From: Chloroflexota bacterium
GTDB lineage: Bacteria; Chloroflexota; Dehalococcoidia; Dehalococcoidales; RBG-16-60-22
Reading direction: 5' to 3'
Length of the DNA: 64,000 nucleotides
Assembly (NCBI GenBank): GCA_018829775.1
Contig: JAHJTL010000061.1
Coordinates: forward strand, 5,280-69,279
Shown here: piece after piece, positions 49,403-58,595 of the stretch
How positions within the stretch are numbered: the first letter of the stretch is position 1
Layout: every line of letters starts with the position of its first letter
Notes under the pieces: model-generated
Databases searched by the model: none
The model's input: the letters and a program-made list of their open reading frames with translations, nothing else
Told to the model about the DNA's origin: nothing
Made by a program: the position numbers and the translations under genes

Positions 49403-49873
49403 TTACCACCGGTAGTGGGCGAAGGCGCGGTTCGCCTCGGCCATCCTGTGGGTATCTTCGCGCTTCTTAATCGTAACGCCTTCACCGCGCAGAGCATCAG
49501 ACAGCTCATCAGCCAGTCTTTCCGTCATTGACTTGCCTTTTCTCGCTCTCGCTGATTTCAATAGCCAGTTCAGTGCCAGGAAGAGACCGCGGTCAGAGCG
49601 TACTTCCACAGGTACCTGGTAGGTGGCCCCGCCCACTCGGCGCGGTTTGACCTCGAGCAGCGGCGTGGCGTTTTTCACCGCCTGTTCCAGCGCCGTTATC
49701 GGGTCTTTACTTGACCGCTCTTCCAGAATATCAAGTGCCCCGTACACAATATTTTCCGCAGTCCTTTTCTTACCGCACGTCATTACCTTATTTATTAAAG
49801 TGGACACGGTTACATTATGGAACTTCGGGTCCGGAGCTAGCTCTCTTTTTTCTGGTTGGGCACGTCTTGGCAT
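49403..49873 (-). CDS. rpsG: 30S ribosomal protein uS7
   Basis: MPRRAQPEKRELAPDPKF...EANRAFAHYRW. Confidence 0.95.
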   Translation of the reverse strand: MPRRAQPEKRELAPDPKFHNVTVSTLINKVMTCGKKRTAENIVYGALDILEERSSKDPITALEQAVKNATPLLEVKPRRVGGATYQVPVEVRSDRGLFLALNWLLKSARARKGKSMTERLADELSDALRGEGVTIKKREDTHRMAEANRAFAHYRW

Positions 49874-49888
49874 TCTATACTCCTATTT

Positions 49889-50320
<432 letters not shown>

Positions 50321-50346
50321 CTTTTCTCCTCCTGCCGTACAATTTA

Positions 50347-50372
50347 AATGGATGAGCCTTGGCTCATCCATT
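50347..50372 (-). promoter_or_regulatory. Perfect 12-nt-arm palindrome in the predicted rpsL leader
   Basis: AATGGATGAGCC-TT-GGCTCATCCATT. There is no flanking T-run on either strand. It lies 27 nt upstream of the rpsL TTG. Confidence 0.4.
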
Positions 50373-50443
50373 AATTTAGTGACGGCTTGAACCCTTCAGC
50401 TCAATCCATCAGCTATGGCTGAAATCCAAATATCCAAGAGGTA

Positions 50444-50473
50444 AGTCTACCATAAGTCCAGATTAATTGTCAA
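50444..50473 (-). promoter_or_regulatory. Putative promoter of the str/S10/spc super-operon
   Basis: On the minus strand: TTGACA (50473-50468), an 18-nt spacer, then TAGACT (50449-50444). Confidence 0.35.
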
Positions 50474-50498
50474 TGGCTATAAACTGGCTCGCTGGAAC

Positions 50499-51293
50499 TT
50501 ACATTTCGCCGAGCAGGCGGCGCAGTCCTTCCCCATGCTTCCGGCACCACTGATAGATGGTCATCAGGTCCCAGCCGATGCAGAAGTGGCGGACGCCCAT
50601 CTCTATGAATTCCCGGGCTTTTTCGAAATCATCCAGTTCCACACGGGGATGGACGCCCTTTTTGAGCGCAAGCTCGATTATGTCCTTTTGTTTGCGCTGT
50701 ATCTCGGGGCTGTGCATCTTTCCCGCCCGGCCCGTATTGACCGAGAAATCGCACGGGCCAAACTGAATCATGTCCAGACCTTCGATTGAAAGCACCTCGT
50801 CCATCTGTTCCACCAGGCTCGCTTTTTCCACCATGACGGCAATGACTGCCTCCCGGAGCGTTCTGACCCAGGCTTCGGTGCCAATCTCCAGGACAAAGCC
50901 GGTGATACGGCGTATTACGCAACCCTGAAAGCCATCGTCTTCGGGTGTGGCGGGCCTGACCATGCGGATGCATTGCCTGACTTCATCAGCGGTGTGGCAA
51001 TCGGAAAACAGGATGTTCGGAATACCGGCACCGAGGGAACGGCTGGTGATGAACAGTCGCGGGTCCTGCTCCACCTTCATCATGGATGACATATGGGGAA
51101 ACAGGTCCACGGCGCGCGCGAAGTTATCAAGCTGGGGAAGGCTCCAGGTGGCATACTGTCCGCTCAGCTCGATGTAGTCAAAGAGGCCGGAGTGCCCGAT
51201 CACCTCTATAATTTCGGGTGACGTGGTGATTACGTGGGTACCAATGGTTGGCTTTCCCGCATCCAGAAGCTCCCTCATTCGGTTTTTTCTCAC
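50499..51293 (-). CDS. HpcH/HpaI-family aldolase (pyruvate-forming class II aldolase/citrate-lyase-beta fold)
   Basis: MRELLDAGKPTIGTHV...FDYIELSGQY...MVEK...IQFGPCDFS is typical of HpcH/HpaI. Confidence 0.8.
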   Translation of the reverse strand: MRKNRMRELLDAGKPTIGTHVITTSPEIIEVIGHSGLFDYIELSGQYATWSLPQLDNFARAVDLFPHMSSMMKVEQDPRLFITSRSLGAGIPNILFSDCHTADEVRQCIRMVRPATPEDDGFQGCVIRRITGFVLEIGTEAWVRTLREAVIAVMVEKASLVEQMDEVLSIEGLDMIQFGPCDFSVNTGRAGKMHSPEIQRKQKDIIELALKKGVHPRVELDDFEKAREFIEMGVRHFCIGWDLMTIYQWCRKHGEGLRRLLGEM

Positions 51294-51338
51294 CGTAATC
51301 TCCTTAGCGGCAGAATTACAATTGGGGACTCACCCATT

Positions 51339-52202
51339 TTAACAGAATTTCGCTCTGTCGTATAGTTCAGCGGCCCGGTAGGAACTCCTGACCAGAGGCG
51401 ACGAGGCAACTTCAATGAATCCCAGCGCCTGGCCGATGGCTTCATACCCGGTGAATTCCTCCGGGGGGACAAAGCGAACCACGGGATGATGTTGGGGGGA
51501 GGGCTGGAGGTACTGCCCGATGGTCAGCAGGTCGCAATTTGCCTCTCTCAGGTCGCCCATCACCTCAATGACTTCCTCTCTGCTTTCGCCCAGCCCGAGC
51601 ATCAGGCCGGACTTGGTGACAATCGCCGGGTTCTGCTTTTTCACCGTATAGAGCAGTTCCAGCGAGCGGGCGTAATCTGCCCCCGGCCTCACTTCGGGGT
51701 AGAGACGGGGCACTGTTTCCACGTTGTGGTTGATTACCTGCGGGCCGGATTCAACAACCACACTGACGGCCTCCTCCGAACCGCAGAAATCGGGGACGAG
51801 GACCTCAACCATGATTTCTTCCATATTCTCCCGAAGCAGGGTCACCGTTCGGGCGAACTGGGAGGCGCCGCCATCAGGCAGGTCGTCCCTGGTGACGGAG
51901 GTAATGACAACGTAGCTCAGCCCCATTTTCTTAACTGCCTCAAACAGGTGTTCCGGCTCTTCTTCATCAACGAGACCTGGATGCCCCTTATTTACCGCGC
52001 AGAAGGTGCAGCGCCGGGTACACACGTCTCCCAGAATGAGAAAGGTGGCCGTGCCCGCCGTGAAGCACTTGCCGATATTGGGGCAGAGGGCGCTCTGGCA
52101 GATGGTGTGCAACTTTAACCCGTCCAGCAGGCCATGCATGGACGACATGACACCGGGGTCGGCGAGCCTCTGCTTAAACCAGGGTGGCAGTCTTCCGCTC
52201 AT
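51339..52202 (-). CDS. lipA: Lipoyl synthase
   Basis: The auxiliary cluster is CQSALCPNIGKC. The radical-SAM motif is CTRRCTFCAV. The start is uncertain (52202, 52226 or 52250), and all candidates overlap the lipB 3' end. Confidence 0.9.
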   Translation of the reverse strand: MSGRLPPWFKQRLADPGVMSSMHGLLDGLKLHTICQSALCPNIGKCFTAGTATFLILGDVCTRRCTFCAVNKGHPGLVDEEEPEHLFEAVKKMGLSYVVITSVTRDDLPDGGASQFARTVTLLRENMEEIMVEVLVPDFCGSEEAVSVVVESGPQVINHNVETVPRLYPEVRPGADYARSLELLYTVKKQNPAIVTKSGLMLGLGESREEVIEVMGDLREANCDLLTIGQYLQPSPQHHPVVRFVPPEEFTGYEAIGQALGFIEVASSPLVRSSYRAAELYDRAKFC

Positions 52203-52884
52203 AATAGTTCTCGTCGGTGTAGTCATCGGCGAATTCCAGTTCAACCTCAAAAACTTCGGCGAAGTGGGCCAGCAGACGTTCGGTTACTCCGTCCCTTGGA
52301 AGCTCATGTCCGAGGAGATGGGCTATTGAAGTCGCCGTTTTATTGGTGAAACCGCAGGGGTTTATCAGTGTAAAATGGTCGAGGTCGGTGTTCACATTGA
52401 GGGCAAAACCGTGCATGGTAATCCATTTGCGGATGCTGAGTCCGAGGGCGGCAATCTCCATATCATTCACCCAGACGCCGGCGTGGTTGTAGCCACGCCC
52501 CGATTTTATGCCGTAATCAGCCAGCGTCCTGATGAGCACTTCCTCGAGGTTGTGGACATACTGGTGGATATCACGGTTCCGCTCTCGCAAATCCAGGATG
52601 GGATAACCGACTATCTGCCCGGGACCGTGATAGGTAACATCGCCGCCGCGGTCGGTGAAGATTAAAGACACGCCCGCGCTGGCCAGTTGTGCCGGTGAAG
52701 CGAGGACGTTTTCCAGCTTGCCCAACTTGCCCACGGTGATGGTGGGCGGGTGCTCCAGGAGAAGCAGCGTATCGGCTATCTGACCTTTCAATCTCTGCTG
52801 AAGCAGTTCCTTCTGCAGTTCGAATGCCCTGTGGTATTCAATCCGTCCAAGCTGGTGTACTACGCAGATAACCCTTTGCCCCAA
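52174..52884 (-). CDS. lipB: Octanoyltransferase
   Basis: LLLLEHPPTITVGK, RGGDVTYHGPGQIVGYPIL and INPCGF. Confidence 0.9.
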   Translation of the reverse strand: MGQRVICVVHQLGRIEYHRAFELQKELLQQRLKGQIADTLLLLEHPPTITVGKLGKLENVLASPAQLASAGVSLIFTDRGGDVTYHGPGQIVGYPILDLRERNRDIHQYVHNLEEVLIRTLADYGIKSGRGYNHAGVWVNDMEIAALGLSIRKWITMHGFALNVNTDLDHFTLINPCGFTNKTATSIAHLLGHELPRDGVTERLLAHFAEVFEVELEFADDYTDENYYERKTATLV

Positions 52885-52889
52885 TTTCC

Positions 52890-54296
52890 CTACCTGTTCT
52901 TTGATGGATAGTGTATTGTCTCGCCGGTGACATCAAGGGCGGCCTCATGCATTGCCTCGGAAAGCGAGGGGTGGGCATGAAGGGTGGCAACGATGTCCGG
53001 CACGGTGGCTTCCATCTTCATGGCCAGCGTGGCTTCGGCGATGAGCTCGGTAGCCCGCGGACCTAATATATGAATGCCCAGAATCTGACCGTACTTCGGC
53101 TCGGTGACGATTTTTATCAGGCCGCGACGCTCTCCCAGGATAGTAGCAATGCTGTTGGCCGCGAAGGGGAACCTGCCGATTTTAGCCTCATGGCCCTGCA
53201 ACCTGGCTTCTTCTTCGGTGAGGCCGACGCTGGCCAGCTCCGGCAGGCTGTGCGTGAAACGTGGCACTACATTATAGTCGATTGAGGTATTTCCGCCCAT
53301 AACATTCTCGGCGGCGATGATTCCCTCTTCCATGGCCACGTAGGCGAGCATGATGCCGCCGGTGGCATCGCCCGCGGCATAGATACCCGGAACGCTGGTC
53401 TCCATGCGTTCGTTGACCTGAATGGCACCCTTGTTTATCGTTATGCCAGCTTCCTCAAGCCCCAGACCATCCGTGTTCGGTCGGTACCCCACGGCAATGG
53501 CGACGGCTTCCGCCTCCAGCTTCTGCTCCGTTTTGCCATCCGAGATGAGGGCCGCTTTTCCGCCAGGGCTGTCTTCTATCTTCGATACTTTCGTACCTTC
53601 GTATAGCTGGATACCGTCATCTTTGAGTGCTTTGGCCAGTATGGCGGTAAGCTCGGCATCTTCCAGAGGCAGGATGTGGGGCAGCATCTCCACGATGCTC
53701 ACCTGGCAGCCCAGCTTGGCCAGAATAGTGGCCATCTCAATGCCGATAACGCCCCCACCAATCATAATTATGCTTTTCGGTATGCTTTCCAGGTTGAGGA
53801 TTTTCTCGGCGTTGATTATGCCGGAGGCACTGTCCGCGCCCGGAATAGGCAGGACCATCGGCTTGCCGCCGGTGGCCAGTATTATCTTCTGGGCCTGAAT
53901 GACCTGCTTCTGCCCATCCCCGCTCTCGATTTCCACCTGTTTGGAAGGCAGTAGCCTGGCACGACCCTTGACGACCTCTATCTTGTTGCCTTTCAGCAGG
54001 CTTTCCACGCCTGACACGTGTGTCTTGATTACCGTATTCTTGCGCGCCTGCATCCTGGCCAGGTCAGCGCTGACATCTTTAGCCATGATGCCGAACTGCT
54101 CCGATTTCTTCATGGTCTCGTAGAGCTCGGCGCTGTAGAGCAGCGTTTTCGACGGCACGCAACCCCGATTGAGGCAGGTACCTCCAAGGGCATCCATCTC
54201 AATAAGGGTAGCCCTGCCGCCAAGCTGCGCGGCTCTGATGGCCGCCACATAGCCTGCGGGTCCGCCTCCTATAATGACCAGCTCTCTATCTTCCAC
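52890..54296 (-). CDS. lpdA: Dihydrolipoyl dehydrogenase (E3)
   Basis: IIGGGPAGYVAA, redox disulfide GGTCLNRGCVPSK, and the HAHPSLSE interface His-Glu. Confidence 0.95.
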   Translation of the reverse strand: MEDRELVIIGGGPAGYVAAIRAAQLGGRATLIEMDALGGTCLNRGCVPSKTLLYSAELYETMKKSEQFGIMAKDVSADLARMQARKNTVIKTHVSGVESLLKGNKIEVVKGRARLLPSKQVEIESGDGQKQVIQAQKIILATGGKPMVLPIPGADSASGIINAEKILNLESIPKSIIMIGGGVIGIEMATILAKLGCQVSIVEMLPHILPLEDAELTAILAKALKDDGIQLYEGTKVSKIEDSPGGKAALISDGKTEQKLEAEAVAIAVGYRPNTDGLGLEEAGITINKGAIQVNERMETSVPGIYAAGDATGGIMLAYVAMEEGIIAAENVMGGNTSIDYNVVPRFTHSLPELASVGLTEEEARLQGHEAKIGRFPFAANSIATILGERRGLIKIVTEPKYGQILGIHILGPRATELIAEATLAMKMEATVPDIVATLHAHPSLSEAMHEAALDVTGETIHYPSKNR

Positions 54297-54349
54297 AGAA
54301 TTCCTCCGTTAAATAACGAGCAATATAGTTGATTTAACCTGAATAAATT

Positions 54350-54688
54350 CTAAGCTGCCAGGTCGTCAACCGCCTGCTGTACCAGCTGCAGATAGGCCAG
54401 AGATGGCCCACCGCCCATCTGCACCGCCACCCAGCCGGCTTCCATGACCTGTTCCTTGGTGGCACCGTGGGCCAGCGCGCTCTTCACGTTGGCTCCAATG
54501 CACCAGTGGCAGTGTTCGGCAACGGCGATGCCCACGGCAATGAGGTACTTGTATTTCTGGTCCAGCGCGCCCGGCGCTTTGGCGGCTTGTGTTAATGCCG
54601 CAAAGCCCTGCCTCTGCTGGGGCCACTCCTTTTGCCAGCGTGCCAGGTTTGCGTCAAATTCCTGCACGACTTCTTTCATGTTTTCCAT
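54350..54688 (-). CDS. Carboxymuconolactone decarboxylase/AhpD-like family protein with CxxC
   Basis: KYKYLIAVGIAVAEHCHWCIGANVKSAL carries the CMD-family helix with CxxC. The ATG at 54688 is preceded by GAGGAGG. Confidence 0.75.
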   Translation of the reverse strand: MENMKEVVQEFDANLARWQKEWPQQRQGFAALTQAAKAPGALDQKYKYLIAVGIAVAEHCHWCIGANVKSALAHGATKEQVMEAGWVAVQMGGGPSLAYLQLVQQAVDDLAA

Positions 54689-54723
54689 TTTGTCCTGCCT
54701 CCTCACTATTGTATTACCTGTGC

Positions 54724-55971
54724 TCAGGCTAGAAGCAGTGTCGGGTTTTCCAGGGCACTGATAAGGCTCGATATGAACTTGGCCGCCACCGCGCCGTCAA
54801 TGACACGGTGGTCATAGGTCAGGCTGTAGGTCATGATTGGTCGGGCAACGATTTGGCTGTCCCTGACCACGGCCCGGTCGGTAATCGCCCCGACGCGTAG
54901 AATTGCCGATTCGGGCTGGTTGATGATGGCGGTCTCGAAAGTCCAGCCGCTGCCGAGGGCGCCCAGGTTGGTCAGGGTGAAAGTGCCACCGCTGATGTCA
55001 TCGCCGCTCAGTTTGTTCTCCCTTGCCTTCTCGACAAGCGTCTTTATCTCCTGGCTGATATCCACCAGCGACTTCCGGTCGGTGTGTTTCACCACCGGGA
55101 CAATCAGCCCGTCTTCCAGGGCGGTCGCTACGCCGATATTGATATCTTCCCAGACTTTGATTTCGTTATCGACAATGCTGGCATTGATTCTCGGCTGGTC
55201 GCGCAGTATCCGGGCGATGGCAAAGGCGAGGATATCGGTGTAGGTAACGCGGGTGCCGAGGGTGCTTTCCTGTGCCACCAGGTTGTTGCGCAGTTTGACA
55301 ATCTCGCCCATATCGATTTCACCCATCGCGGTGAGCTGGGCGGAAATGGCAAGGCTCTGGTGCATGCGCTGGGCGATGGTACCCCGCATTCCGGTGAGCG
55401 GTATGGTCTGTTTTACCCTTCGGTCTCCAACGCTTTCAGCCGGCGCCGCTGCTGCTGGCGGAGGTGCCGCGGCTGGCGCTGCCTTCTTGGCAGCAATGGC
55501 CTTTTCGATATCTTCACGGACGATTCTGCCGCCCGGACCCGTACCTGCTACCCTGGTGATATCAACGGCGTGTTCCTCAGCCAGTTTTCTGGCCACCGGC
55601 GAGACGCGGATGCGTTCTTCCCCTCCGGCTGCCGGGGCTTCTTCTGACGGTGCTGTCTCGGCCTTTGTAGTCTCAGCAGCCGCCGATTCGGCTGCCTTCC
55701 CCGCCGGTGCCTCTTTCTGTATCTTGGCTAGTTCTTCTTTGGTTTCGGCAAGCATACCGATTACCTGGCCGGCGGCAGCCTCACCCTCGTTCATCATGAT
55801 ATGGAGGAAGCCATTGGCTGGTGCTTCAACGTCAGTCCTGACTTTCTCCGTCTCGATAACCACCACTACCTGGCGTTCTTCTACCTGGTCTCCTTCTTTG
55901 AACTGCCATTCAATGATGGTGGCATCGGCCACTGCCATGCCAACACGCGGTATCTTGATTTCCGTAGCCAT
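54724..55971 (-). CDS. Dihydrolipoamide acyltransferase (2-oxoacid dehydrogenase E2 component)
   Basis: One lipoyl domain (VVVIETEKVRTDVEAP), an Ala/Pro/Glu linker, the E3/E1-binding domain (VSPVARKLAEEHAVDITRVAGTGPGGRIVREDI), and a catalytic domain with DHRVIDGA. The ATG at 55971 follows AGGAGAG. Confidence 0.9.
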   Translation of the reverse strand: MATEIKIPRVGMAVADATIIEWQFKEGDQVEERQVVVVIETEKVRTDVEAPANGFLHIMMNEGEAAAGQVIGMLAETKEELAKIQKEAPAGKAAESAAAETTKAETAPSEEAPAAGGEERIRVSPVARKLAEEHAVDITRVAGTGPGGRIVREDIEKAIAAKKAAPAAAPPPAAAAPAESVGDRRVKQTIPLTGMRGTIAQRMHQSLAISAQLTAMGEIDMGEIVKLRNNLVAQESTLGTRVTYTDILAFAIARILRDQPRINASIVDNEIKVWEDINIGVATALEDGLIVPVVKHTDRKSLVDISQEIKTLVEKARENKLSGDDISGGTFTLTNLGALGSGWTFETAIINQPESAILRVGAITDRAVVRDSQIVARPIMTYSLTYDHRVIDGAVAAKFISSLISALENPTLLLA

Positions 55972-55990
55972 CTTTCTTCTCTCTCCTGTA

Positions 55991-56983
55991 TTAGTTTCTG
56001 AAAAAGCCCTGTTCCACCGCCGCACGTAAGGTCTTTTCGATGTCAACCACAGGCGGGCCATCAGACTGAAGTCGGATTTTAATCTGGTCCGTATCCCTGA
56101 CGGTGATCTCTCTTTCTCCATCCAGCGCGATAACTGAGGGCTTGTGCTCTACCGTCACTTCATCACCGGGTTCAAGCAGTTTCCATTCGGCGATGCCGAC
56201 CTCGGAGACAACGCCGGGCAGCACGGCTGCTCTTACTTTAAGGTGGCCATTGCCAAGTCTCAGGTAGATTCCTCGAGTGTCGTCAGGGCCTACCGGGCAC
56301 AGATTTCCCCCGATGGCGGTCATGCCCATATTGGTCGGTTCAGCACGGGTACAGATTATCTGCCTGACCTCCGGTAATTCCCAGATGGCCCGGGCACCGA
56401 CGAATAGCTGATTTAACACTACTGCGTCAATCAGGGCCATGTCAATTTCCTGCCCGTTCCTGATGACGGCCAGGCGTTTATGGATTTTTATTATCTCTCT
56501 GTCATCGACCAGCTTCCGGGCAGTGATGCCGGCGGCAAGGCCGGCCGTAGTGGCCTCCACCATCACCGGAAAGACATTGTTGGTGCCGGTAGAAACCGGG
56601 ACCAGCGGAATATCCCCGCTTTTTTTGGCCACATCACGGTTGGTGCCGTCTCCGCCCAGAGTAACAATACATCCCACATCCTGTTCGCCCATCAGTTCTG
56701 CGGCCCGGGTGGAATCCTCACTGGTATAGGTAATGGGCATGTCCATCACGCAGACCTTGGTGTTCAGTTTCTTTCCGCCGATGCCATCCAGAGCCCTCTG
56801 CCCGAGCCCGTAGTAATCGGGCATAATCAGGATTTCATCCACCCCGGTGGCGTCAATACCCATAATGATACGACGCAACTGGTTGGTCTTTTCGTTGTTG
56901 TCCATTATGCTGGCGTAGGCGACCAGCCGTCTGATATCCTTGCCGGAAGCCGGATTGGCGATTATACCTACCTTGCTCACCAC
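55991..56983 (-). CDS. ATP-NAD kinase-fold protein (AcoX-like)
   Basis: GIIANPASGKDIRR and the TLGGDGTNRDV (GGDGT) diacylglycerol/NAD-kinase motif. It resembles the acetoin-cluster protein AcoX. Confidence 0.65.
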   Translation of the reverse strand: MVSKVGIIANPASGKDIRRLVAYASIMDNNEKTNQLRRIIMGIDATGVDEILIMPDYYGLGQRALDGIGGKKLNTKVCVMDMPITYTSEDSTRAAELMGEQDVGCIVTLGGDGTNRDVAKKSGDIPLVPVSTGTNNVFPVMVEATTAGLAAGITARKLVDDREIIKIHKRLAVIRNGQEIDMALIDAVVLNQLFVGARAIWELPEVRQIICTRAEPTNMGMTAIGGNLCPVGPDDTRGIYLRLGNGHLKVRAAVLPGVVSEVGIAEWKLLEPGDEVTVEHKPSVIALDGEREITVRDTDQIKIRLQSDGPPVVDIEKTLRAAVEQGFFRN

Positions 56984-57007
56984 AATAGCCTCACCACCGT
57001 TATCTAC

Positions 57008-57982
57008 TTATTTAATTAAGTGGCAGTTGACGCAGCTGGGCATCGGTTTGCCTTCCAGTGCTGCAATGACGTTTTCCGCTGCCATCACGTCCATCTTCAC
57101 CCGTGACAGCGCCGAAGCCCCGGCAATGTGCGGGGCGATTATGATATTGTCCAGCGTGAGCAGCGGGTCGTCGGGTTCGATTGGCTCCACTTCGGTAACG
57201 TCAATGGCAGCGGCATGTATCTTTTTGCTCTTCAGTGCGTCATACAGCGCCTTCGGGTCAACCAGTCCTCCCCGGGCGGTGTTTATCAGTATCGCCGACG
57301 GCTTCATGGCGGCCAGCTCCCTGGCGCCAATCAGGTGTCTGGTCTCGTTATTCAATGGCACATGAACGGTAACATAATCCGCCATGCCCAGCATTTGATG
57401 CAGGTCGGGGATAAATTCGGCACCGAGCTCTTTTTCACGCGGGTTGCGCACGATGTCGTAGTAGAGAATCTTCATGTCGAAACCGCGTGCCCGCCGGGCA
57501 ACCTTCGAACCTATCCGACCCAAGCCGACAATACCCAGCGTCTGCTCGTAAACATCGTGGCCAAGGAACGGGCTCTCCATGGGGCCAAATCTCTGCCAGC
57601 CTCCCTTCATGGTGATATTGACCGCTTCCACGAGCTGTCGTGCCGAGGCCAGCATCAGGGCAATGGCGAAATCGGCGGTGCTATCGTCGACACCGCTCGG
57701 TGCGTTGCTCACCCGGACACCTCTCCTGGCGCATTCTTCAGCATCTATCAAGTCGAAGCCAATGGCGCGCTGCGCAATCACTTTCAGCTTTGGCGCATGG
57801 TCCAGAAACTCACCATCGACTTTGTCCTGCCAGACGACCGCGCCATCAGCATCGGCGATGTTCTGGAAAAGTTCTTCGCGGCTGGGTGCATCTTCTTTCT
57901 GCCGGGCAGTGACCTCGGCGTGCTGCTTGAGCAGGTCAACCGCTTCCGGGCTGATTTTGCGGGTAATGTGAACCTTGGGCAT
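57008..57982 (-). CDS. D-isomer-specific 2-hydroxyacid dehydrogenase (glyoxylate/hydroxypyruvate reductase-like)
   Basis: GIVGLGRIGSKVARR NAD site, NTARGGLVD and APHIAGAS. The ATG at 57982 is preceded by AGGAGG. Confidence 0.85.
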   Translation of the reverse strand: MPKVHITRKISPEAVDLLKQHAEVTARQKEDAPSREELFQNIADADGAVVWQDKVDGEFLDHAPKLKVIAQRAIGFDLIDAEECARRGVRVSNAPSGVDDSTADFAIALMLASARQLVEAVNITMKGGWQRFGPMESPFLGHDVYEQTLGIVGLGRIGSKVARRARGFDMKILYYDIVRNPREKELGAEFIPDLHQMLGMADYVTVHVPLNNETRHLIGARELAAMKPSAILINTARGGLVDPKALYDALKSKKIHAAAIDVTEVEPIEPDDPLLTLDNIIIAPHIAGASALSRVKMDVMAAENVIAALEGKPMPSCVNCHLIK

Positions 57983-58025
57983 TATTACCTCCTGCACTCT
58001 GATATTATTTTATATGAGTTTTAGC

Positions 58026-58595
58026 TTATCGGCCTGTGAAATACGGGTTCTTACCCGTTGCCGAAAGCGGAATCCCGATAGCAAGGTCAGCGTCCATGAG
58101 CTTGGTTCTGCGGGCGGCGACGCCGATGGAATACATCATTCGGTTATCAACGTTGAATTCGCTGGCCGTTTTCACCGCCGAGCCCAGAGCGATGCCCAGG
58201 TCAATGCTCTGCATGTGGCACATCGGGCCGCGTGCCGTGCCGCGCTCCTTCTTTTTCGCTTTCAACATGGCGGCGCAGTCCATACCGCAGGCGCCGCAGT
58301 CCAGCGGCGATTCGACCCGTTTGGGCTCACCGGTTACGCCGATGAGCAGTATTGCGGACGATTTCCTAACATCGTCGGCATTGCGGTGGAAGAAGGCGAG
58401 CCTTTCCGGGTCATTGCGGGAGAACTCCTCCATATCTGCGGCCAGCTTCTCCAGCTCCTCCTGTTCATAAACAATCATCGTCTTGATTGAGTCCAGGCCC
58501 CGCGTTTTAGGGGAGGTGCGGGCAGCGACCGCCATCAGCCTTGCGGCGGCGAGAATTCCATCTTTTTCCGCTTCATTTGAATTTATAGGTGCCAT
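58026..58595 (-). CDS. DUF2148 (ferredoxin-domain-like) protein
   Basis: ARTSPKTRG...LDCGACGMDCAAM... has a Cys cluster. The pattern is recalled from DUF2148 proteins of anaerobes. Confidence 0.6.
   Translation of the reverse strand: MAPINSNEAEKDGILAAARLMAVAARTSPKTRGLDSIKTMIVYEQEELEKLAADMEEFSRNDPERLAFFHRNADDVRKSSAILLIGVTGEPKRVESPLDCGACGMDCAAMLKAKKKERGTARGPMCHMQSIDLGIALGSAVKTASEFNVDNRMMYSIGVAARRTKLMDADLAIGIPLSATGKNPYFTGR

Noticed and set aside
50499-58595. Calling the cluster a complete pyruvate/acetoin dehydrogenase complex.
   Set aside because: No E1 (TPP-dependent) ORF exists in the window, so only E2/E3 plus lipoylation genes can be asserted. Conversely, absence of E1 from the genome cannot be claimed from 64 kb.
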